Positions 26,757-32,000 of a stretch of DNA of 32,000 nucleotides are shown one piece after another. Position numbers and translations under genes: made by a program. This stretch comes from Pseudothioglobus sp. nBUS_23. GTDB taxonomy: Bacteria > Pseudomonadota > Gammaproteobacteria > PS1 > Pseudothioglobaceae. The stretch lies in NCBI RefSeq assembly GCF_051201565.1, contig NZ_CP179200.1, positions 420,001 to 452,000 on the forward strand, given 5' to 3'. The number at the start of each line of letters is the position of its first letter. Position 1 is the first letter of the stretch. The notes below the pieces were generated by a model. It was not told the origin of the DNA. It searched no databases and saw only the letters and a list, made by a program, of their open reading frames with translations.

Positions 26757-27984
26757 GTCTCAATACCTCAGAAATATTAATTCTACCTGCACGTTTTGCT
26801 GGATATATGGCTGCAATAATGACTAAAACAAAAGAACCTATCACAATACTAATGACATCACTTGGCATAATCTTTGATGGAAAACGATTGATATAAAAGA
26901 CATCCTTAGGAAAAAATTGAAATCCAATAATGCTCTCAATTCCAGAAATGACTGACTCGATGTTAACTGCTAAAAGTAATCCAAGAATAGTGCCTATGCT
27001 TATTCCAATTAAGCCAATACTGATCCCTTGATAATAAAAAATTTTAACGATTCTTTTTGGTGTCATCCCTAGGGTTCTAAGAATTGCAATATCAGATTTT
27101 TTATCCGTGACTACCATCACCATCATAGAGACAATATTGAAGGCAGCTACCGCAATTATTAATGAGAGGATAATAGCAATCATCTGTTTTTCAAGATTTA
27201 ATGCCCTGATAAAATGCTTTTGTTGTTGCATCCAATCCACGCCGTAATAGCCATCACCTAAAGATCCTACAACTTCGTTTGTTATTTGATTCGCTTTAAA
27301 TAGATCATCAACCTTGAGTCGAATTCCAGAAACTTTATTGCCAAGAGTAAATAAATCCTGAGCATCAAAAAGGTGAATAAAAGCTAATCCATTGTTATAG
27401 TCGTTCAGTCCAGCATTAAAAATACCACTAATAATAAAGCTTTGAGATTGAGGAACTAGAATGCCCAGTGCATTTCTCGCTGGTGCAATAAGAGTTATTT
27501 CGTCACCCACTCCAGTACCCATCAGAGTTGCCAATCCCACACCAATTATTGCAGAGGATTGGTTTTCCTCAAGGCTCAGCGATCCATATTTAATATCATC
27601 TAAGAGGACAGAAGTTAAAGATTCCTGGTCAATAATGATTCCTCGAACGCTAACTCCTTGAGTTGCGCTCTTTGAGGTCATTAAAGCAAAGTCTTCAACA
27701 TAAGGTGAGGAGGCGATAACGCGATCATTAGAATTAATTTTTATTTGAATATCATCCCAACTTTCAATCGTATCATCTGACCCAGTTATATATGAGTGAG
27801 AAATGGTATTGAGAACTCTGTTTGTTAGTTCTTCATGAAAGCCGTTCATCACAGACATGACTGTAATTAAGGACATTACAGCCAAAATGAGACCAATCAT
27901 TGAGACGCCTGAAATGAAAGAAACAAAACCTTTTTTTCGGTTTGATCTTAAATATTGGTTGGAAATCTGAAATTCAACACTCAT
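26749..27984 (-). CDS. lolC: Lipoprotein-releasing system permease (LolC/LolE family; the only copy in the operon, LolF-like arrangement)
   Basis: 411 aa. MacB-type topology: an N-terminal TM, a large periplasmic domain, and a C-terminal FtsX-like 3-TM domain. It has an 8-nt overlap with lolD. Confidence 0.9.
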   Translation of the reverse strand: MSVEFQISNQYLRSNRKKGFVSFISGVSMIGLILAVMSLITVMSVMNGFHEELTNRVLNTISHSYITGSDDTIESWDDIQIKINSNDRVIASSPYVEDFALMTSKSATQGVSVRGIIIDQESLTSVLLDDIKYGSLSLEENQSSAIIGVGLATLMGTGVGDEITLIAPARNALGILVPQSQSFIISGIFNAGLNDYNNGLAFIHLFDAQDLFTLGNKVSGIRLKVDDLFKANQITNEVVGSLGDGYYGVDWMQQQKHFIRALNLEKQMIAIILSLIIAVAAFNIVSMMVMVVTDKKSDIAILRTLGMTPKRIVKIFYYQGISIGLIGISIGTILGLLLAVNIESVISGIESIIGFQFFPKDVFYINRFPSKIMPSDVISIVIGSFVLVIIAAIYPAKRAGRINISEVLRHE

Positions 27985-28037
27985 GGTCAGAATATTTTGT
28001 CATAATAAATGTTTTTAAAGTAATTAAAGTCATCAAA

Positions 28038-29006
28038 ATGTTAGGCAATCTAAGTTCTATAAACCATAGCAAGTTTGGCATTATCAACTTTTTACTTCTT
28101 CCTTTATCTTTAGTTTTTTATACCGTTTCTAGAATACACTTTTGGCTATATAAGTCCAGTATTCTGAATGTTAAAAAGTCCAATGTACCAGTAGTTGTGG
28201 TTGGTAATATAACCGCTGGAGGAACCGGTAAAACTCCAATTGTGATTTCAATTGTAAATTATTTTGAATCAAGAAATAAAAAGGTAGGGGTGGTTTCTAG
28301 AGGTTATGGTGGTAATTATTCTAAAGAGGTTTTAGAAGTTTTGCCCGCAAGTAATCCAATGGAGTGTGGTGATGAACCTTTATTAATTAAGCAGAAAACT
28401 CATGCTGTAGTTGCAGTATCAAAAAAAAGAATCAAAGCGGTTGAGTATTTGAGTCAACAATATCAACTAGACATTATTATTAGTGATGATGGCCTTCAGC
28501 ACTATTCTATGGGGTGTGATATTGAAGTTGCGGTTATTGATGGAAAGAGCAGGTTAGGTAATGGCTTATTTCTACCTTCCGGCCCATTAAGAGACTCAAA
28601 AAATAGACTTAATTCTGTCGATTTTATAATCAATAATGGCTCATCTTTGGATGGAGAAATTTCTAGTCAATTAGAGTACAAGGGCTTTTTAAACTTAATT
28701 ACAGGTGAAAAGAAAGATCTTGAATTTTTTAGGGGGAGGCGATGTTACGCAGTTGCTGGAATAGGGAAGCCTAATAATTTCTTTTCAATTCTTGAAGATC
28801 TTGGAATTGACATCATAGCCAAACCATTTCCAGATCATTACCAGTTTAAGAAAGAAGATTTGAGTTTTGATAATGAATATCCAATCCTAATGACTTCTAA
28901 GGATTGTGTAAAATGTTCTCAGTTTGAATCTAGTGCGATGTGGCACTTGGATGTAAACGCAAAAATAGAACCTGAGTTTTATCATCAGTTGGAGTCAAAG
29001 TTGTGA
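28038..29006 (+). CDS. lpxK: Tetraacyldisaccharide 4'-kinase
   Basis: P-loop [13 protein letters not shown] and the DDGLQH motif. ATG 28038 gives 322 aa with the usual N-terminal membrane helix. The track start at 27942 would overlap the divergent lolC start. Confidence 0.92.
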   Translation: MLGNLSSINHSKFGIINFLLLPLSLVFYTVSRIHFWLYKSSILNVKKSNVPVVVVGNITAGGTGKTPIVISIVNYFESRNKKVGVVSRGYGGNYSKEVLEVLPASNPMECGDEPLLIKQKTHAVVAVSKKRIKAVEYLSQQYQLDIIISDDGLQHYSMGCDIEVAVIDGKSRLGNGLFLPSGPLRDSKNRLNSVDFIINNGSSLDGEISSQLEYKGFLNLITGEKKDLEFFRGRRCYAVAGIGKPNNFFSILEDLGIDIIAKPFPDHYQFKKEDLSFDNEYPILMTSKDCVKCSQFESSAMWHLDVNAKIEPEFYHQLESKL

Positions 29007-29173
29007 TTGATAATGATTTATTACAAATGCTCGTATGCCCCCTTAGTAAGGCGCCTTTAGAGCTAGTTGGTGAAGAGTTAATTTGTGAGAAAAGTCAATT
29101 AGCCTATCCAATTATTGATGGCATTCCAATTCTTCTCGTTGAAGAAGCCAGAAAAATAGAATCCTCAAAATAA
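29003..29173 (+). CDS. ycaR: Trm112/YcaR-family small protein (UPF0434), 56 aa; absent from the supplied ORF track
   Basis: My own translation from GTG 29003 (GTGA overlap with the lpxK stop) gives [56 protein letters not shown]. It is collinear with E. coli YcaR (...LLEIIACPVC...ELICK...LAFPLRDGIPVLL). The stop TAA (29171-29173) overlaps the kdsB ATG. The ycaR-kdsB synteny is conserved. Confidence 0.85.
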   Translation: MIDNDLLQMLVCPLSKAPLELVGEELICEKSQLAYPIIDGIPILLVEEARKIESSK

Positions 29174-29907
29174 TGGACTTTACCATTATTATTCCTGCCA
29201 GATACGCTTCAAGTCGATTACCGGCAAAACTATTAAAGGACATTAATGGGAAAACTCTTATTGAGCACACATACTCAAATGCAATCAAGAGCAATGCTGC
29301 ACGAGTGATCATTGCAACAGATGATGAGAAAATAAGGCAAGTTGCACTAGACTTTGGTGCCGAGGTATGTATGACCAGTCTGAAGCATACTTCAGGCACA
29401 TCTCGTTTGTCTCAAGTCGTTTCTGACTTGAGCTTTAAGGATCATCAAATCATTGTAAATTTGCAGGGTGATGAGCCAATGATGGCTCCTGAAGCGTTGA
29501 ATCAAGTGGCTTCAAACCTAGCTACTTCAGGTATGAGTGTGGCAACTTTGTGTGAAAAAATTAATTCGCAAGAGGAATACTTTGACGAGAACTGCGTCAA
29601 AGTTGTATATAATTCGCGCGGAAAAGCTTTATATTTCTCAAGATCTCCTGTTCCAGCATTTAGATCTAGCAGTGAGATAGATTTAGATCTTTGCTTTAGG
29701 CATGTTGGTTTGTATGCCTATAAAGCAGATTTCTTAAAAGGGCATTCTAAGATGAAAGTATCTAGCCTCGAGATTGCTGAAAAATTAGAGCAGCTTACTT
29801 TTTTAGCAAACGGGTTTGATATACATGTTGAGATTTCTACAGCTGAAACTGGAATAGGTGTGGATACAGAGAGTGATTTAAAAAAAGTAAAAAAGGAATT
29901 TAAATAA
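29173..29907 (+). CDS. kdsB: 3-deoxy-manno-octulosonate cytidylyltransferase (CMP-KDO synthetase)
   Basis: 244 aa. IIIPARYASSRLPAKLL, VNLQGDEP, FRHVGLYAY. Confidence 0.95.
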   Translation: MDFTIIIPARYASSRLPAKLLKDINGKTLIEHTYSNAIKSNAARVIIATDDEKIRQVALDFGAEVCMTSLKHTSGTSRLSQVVSDLSFKDHQIIVNLQGDEPMMAPEALNQVASNLATSGMSVATLCEKINSQEEYFDENCVKVVYNSRGKALYFSRSPVPAFRSSSEIDLDLCFRHVGLYAYKADFLKGHSKMKVSSLEIAEKLEQLTFLANGFDIHVEISTAETGIGVDTESDLKKVKKEFK

Positions 29908-30740
29908 TGAATATTATTGACGGTAAAGAAATTGCAAAAAATCTTCGTTCAAAAATTGCTGAAGAGGTAAGTACTTTTGAGCGTCCACCAGGCCTTGCTG
30001 TTATTTTGGTTGGTGAAGATCCAGCATCAGCTGTTTATGTTCGAAATAAAGAGCTTGCTTGCAAACAAGCTGGTTTTTTTTCTGACAAGATTATTAAGTC
30101 CGAAAACATAACTGAAGAGCAGTTACTTGAAGAGGTGGAGCGATTGAATAATAATCCACAGATTGATGGTATTCTTGTGCAACTTCCGTTGCCCAAACAT
30201 ATCGATGCAAACAAAGTCATTGAACATATTTCTCCACTAAAAGATGTTGATGGTTTTCATAGTGAGAACATTGGCAAGTTAATGCAAAATAAGTCTCATT
30301 TGAGACCCTGTACACCTAAAGGTGTAATGACAATGTTAGAGTCAATTGATTGTCAGATTGAAGGCATGAATTGTGTGGTCATTGGTGCTTCCAATATTGT
30401 TGGAAGACCCATGGCGATGGAGCTGTTAAATGCTAGAGGTACTGTCACCATTTGTAATAGCAAAACAAAGGATCTCCCAGGCAAAGTAAGAGAGGCTGAC
30501 ATCCTCGTTGTTGGCGTTGGCATTCCAAAGATGGTTAAAGGTGATTGGGTTAAGGAAGGAGCAGTCGTGATCGATGTAGGAATCAATCGTTTAGAGGATG
30601 GTTCGCTTGTTGGAGATGTTGATTATGATGCTATTAAAGATACAGCTGGAGCAATAACACCAGTTCCTGGAGGAGTTGGCCCAATGACTATAGCTACTTT
30701 GCTTGAAAATACTTTGATTGCTTACAAGCAAAGTCTATGA
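29907..30740 (+). CDS. folD: Bifunctional methylenetetrahydrofolate dehydrogenase/cyclohydrolase
   Basis: 277 aa. YVRNKELACKQAG, GILVQLPLP, GASNIVGRPMAMELL, TPVPGGVGPMT. Confidence 0.97.
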   Translation: MNIIDGKEIAKNLRSKIAEEVSTFERPPGLAVILVGEDPASAVYVRNKELACKQAGFFSDKIIKSENITEEQLLEEVERLNNNPQIDGILVQLPLPKHIDANKVIEHISPLKDVDGFHSENIGKLMQNKSHLRPCTPKGVMTMLESIDCQIEGMNCVVIGASNIVGRPMAMELLNARGTVTICNSKTKDLPGKVREADILVVGVGIPKMVKGDWVKEGAVVIDVGINRLEDGSLVGDVDYDAIKDTAGAITPVPGGVGPMTIATLLENTLIAYKQSL

Positions 30741-31102
30741 GATTAATCTTAAAGCTCCTTAGAGAGGGTTCTGGAAGAATTTTAATTTTCTTAGACTGGT
30801 TGATTAAGCCAAGAGTTGTTCAAAGGAGCTCTGAAAAACAATTACAGGTTGATAATCAAACTGAGTCACTTAAGCTTTATGAATTCTATGCTTGTCCTTT
30901 TTGTATCAAAACTCGAAGAGCAATTAAACGATTAAATTTAAAACTAGAGACTCGTAATGCTCAGCAAGGTGATTTTAGAAAAGAGCTCGAATTGAACGGA
31001 GGCAAAGTACAAGTTCCATGCCTCAGAATTGATTATGCTGGAGAAGTGAGTTGGCTTTATGAGTCTGACGATATAATTAATTATCTAGAAAAGCATTTTT
31101 AA
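30737..31102 (+). CDS. Glutaredoxin-family protein with N-terminal extension (CPFC active site)
   Basis: 121 aa. LKLYEFYACPFCIKTRRAIKRLN...GGKVQVPCLRID...WLYESDDIINYLEKHF is a thioredoxin fold with a CPFC dithiol and the cis-Pro region VQVPCL. ATGA overlap with the folD stop. Confidence 0.8.
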   Translation: MRLILKLLREGSGRILIFLDWLIKPRVVQRSSEKQLQVDNQTESLKLYEFYACPFCIKTRRAIKRLNLKLETRNAQQGDFRKELELNGGKVQVPCLRIDYAGEVSWLYESDDIINYLEKHF

Positions 31103-31121
31103 ATAGATACATCATTAATCT

Positions 31122-31493
31122 ATGATTTACATTCATGGTGGCAATAAGGAACAAATAGAGCTCTCGCGACAATTGTTTAATTTTTGCTGTAATGGTTTAT
31201 TTAATAAGAACAACCTTCCTACTATAGACCTCACTATCCATAAGGTTCAAGACGCTCTGGCTTGGACAGATTATGAGGGCGATGGAAAATTTTTCATCGA
31301 GATTGAAGAGTCATTAGATCAGAAAAAATTTATCATTACGATGTGCCATGAAATGATCCATGTTTGCCAGTTTCTAGCAGAAGTTGAGGTGAGTGAATTA
31401 TCAGCCTATCAGTATGAAGAAAAGCTTGCAGAGCAGTTTTATCATGAAGAGTTAGAGAGGCATGGAAGTGAGCTAGATCTCAATGAGGACTAG
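31122..31493 (+). CDS. Hypothetical small acidic protein with an HExxH motif (possible minimal Zn-metallopeptidase-like fold)
   Basis: 123 aa. The only recognisable element is ITMCHEMIHVCQF (HEMIH), followed by an acidic tail (EELERHGSELDLNED). I cannot assign a family. Confidence 0.45.
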   Translation: MIYIHGGNKEQIELSRQLFNFCCNGLFNKNNLPTIDLTIHKVQDALAWTDYEGDGKFFIEIEESLDQKKFIITMCHEMIHVCQFLAEVEVSELSAYQYEEKLAEQFYHEELERHGSELDLNED

Positions 31494-32000
31494 GGTAGAT
31501 AGCTACTAAGATTTGCAATTGATTTCTGAAGTTCTTTGTAAGAGTCAGAAGTAATTGTTATGTGACCTAATTTTCTATTTTGTCGCTCCTTCTTATCATA
31601 CAAATGTAAGTGAGCATTCCTAGTTTCAAGAACCTTGTTTGTTGGGCCATGCTTACTGATAATGTTAATCATTGCGTTGAATTTACTTTTAACTGATGTA
31701 TCACCCAACGGGCTGTTTGTAATTGCTCTAATATGATTTTCAAACTGAGAAGTTTGTGCCCCTTCAATTGTCCAGTGCCCAGAATTATGAACTCTAGGAG
31801 CAATCTCATTAACAATCAAATCATCATCTGAGTCAAATAATTCAAGAGTTAAAACGCCAACATGGTTCATTTTAGTTATCAGCAGCTTCATATAACTTTC
31901 AGCTTTTTTTTGGAGTGAATCAGATATCTCTTGTGCTGGAGCCATTGTCAGTCTTAAGATTCCTTCATGGTGAGAGTTTTCAACTAAAGGGTAGAATTTT
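31490..32000 (-). CDS. purK: N5-carboxyaminoimidazole ribonucleotide synthase, C-terminal part (5'-partial, runs off the window)
   Basis: NEIAPRVHNSGHWTIEGAQTSQFENHIRAI and ...HLHLYDKKERQNRKLGHITI match PurK. The frame stays open upstream of the track's Met to the window edge (KFYPLVENSHHEGILRLT..., cf. E. coli YYPLTHNLHQDGILR). The real start is therefore beyond position 32000. Confidence 0.92.
   Translation of the reverse strand, partial: KFYPLVENSHHEGILRLTMAPAQEISDSLQKKAESYMKLLITKMNHVGVLTLELFDSDDDLIVNEIAPRVHNSGHWTIEGAQTSQFENHIRAITNSPLGDTSVKSKFNAMINIISKHGPTNKVLETRNAHLHLYDKKERQNRKLGHITITSDSYKELQKSIANLSSYLP

Noticed and set aside
27942-28037. N-terminal extension of lpxK from the track start (354 aa)
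   Set aside because: It would overlap the divergent lolC start codon region. The extra 32 residues are not LpxK-like. ATG 28038 restores the usual N-terminal membrane helix and protein length.
31490-32000. purK appearing truncated (151 aa in the track), possibly a pseudogene
   Set aside because: The reading frame is open from the track's Met to the window edge and continues with conserved PurK sequence. The truncation is a window artefact.
1-32000. CRISPR arrays, tandem repeats, IS elements, rRNA, or additional structured ncRNAs
   Set aside because: I saw no regularly spaced direct repeats, no transposase-like ORFs, and no intergenic region longer than about 175 nt. The longest gaps are explained by divergent promoters. 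This is a by-eye assessment; Rfam or CRISPR-finder scans would be more sensitive.

Overview
This is a gene-dense, AT-rich window with about 40 coding regions and one tRNA. Many gene junctions are only 0-15 nt long or overlap. It reads like core chromosome of a streamlined marine gammaproteobacterium; that taxon call is inference from gene content and protein similarity only. Most genes are housekeeping: alaS, prmA, thiS, carA-carB-greA, xerD, rplS, yrbG-tsaE-amiB, hemD, infA, tRNA-Leu(CAA), oadGAB (Na+-pumping oxaloacetate decarboxylase), lolC/F-lolD, lpxK-ycaR-kdsB-folD, and a 5'-partial purK at the right edge. I found no rRNA, CRISPR array, transposase/IS, phage gene or recognisable defence island.

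The non-core content is:
- a MazE/MazF-like toxin-antitoxin pair with a palindromic operator at the left edge;
- a class-V aminotransferase plus two GNAT acetyltransferases wedged between greA and xerD;
- an alkaline-phosphatase-superfamily phosphodiesterase translationally coupled to lolD, in the slot where lolE normally sits;
- a methionine-free orphan ORF after hemD;
- a glutaredoxin-like gene followed by a small HExxH protein after folD.

The best candidate for an undescribed system is a compact stand-alone operon at 13318-17474. It encodes a GltD-type NAD(P)H flavoprotein, a two-cysteine DsrC, DsrM and DsrK. No dsrAB, dsrEFH, dsrJOP or gltB lies anywhere in the window. This arrangement differs from the large dsr clusters of characterised gammaproteobacterial sulfur oxidisers. 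I cannot tell from the sequence alone whether it is a functional new redox module, a remnant of a decayed dsr cluster, or a chance juxtaposition with a canonical gltD. One conserved small gene (ycaR/Trm112-like, 29003-29173) is missing from the supplied ORF track.
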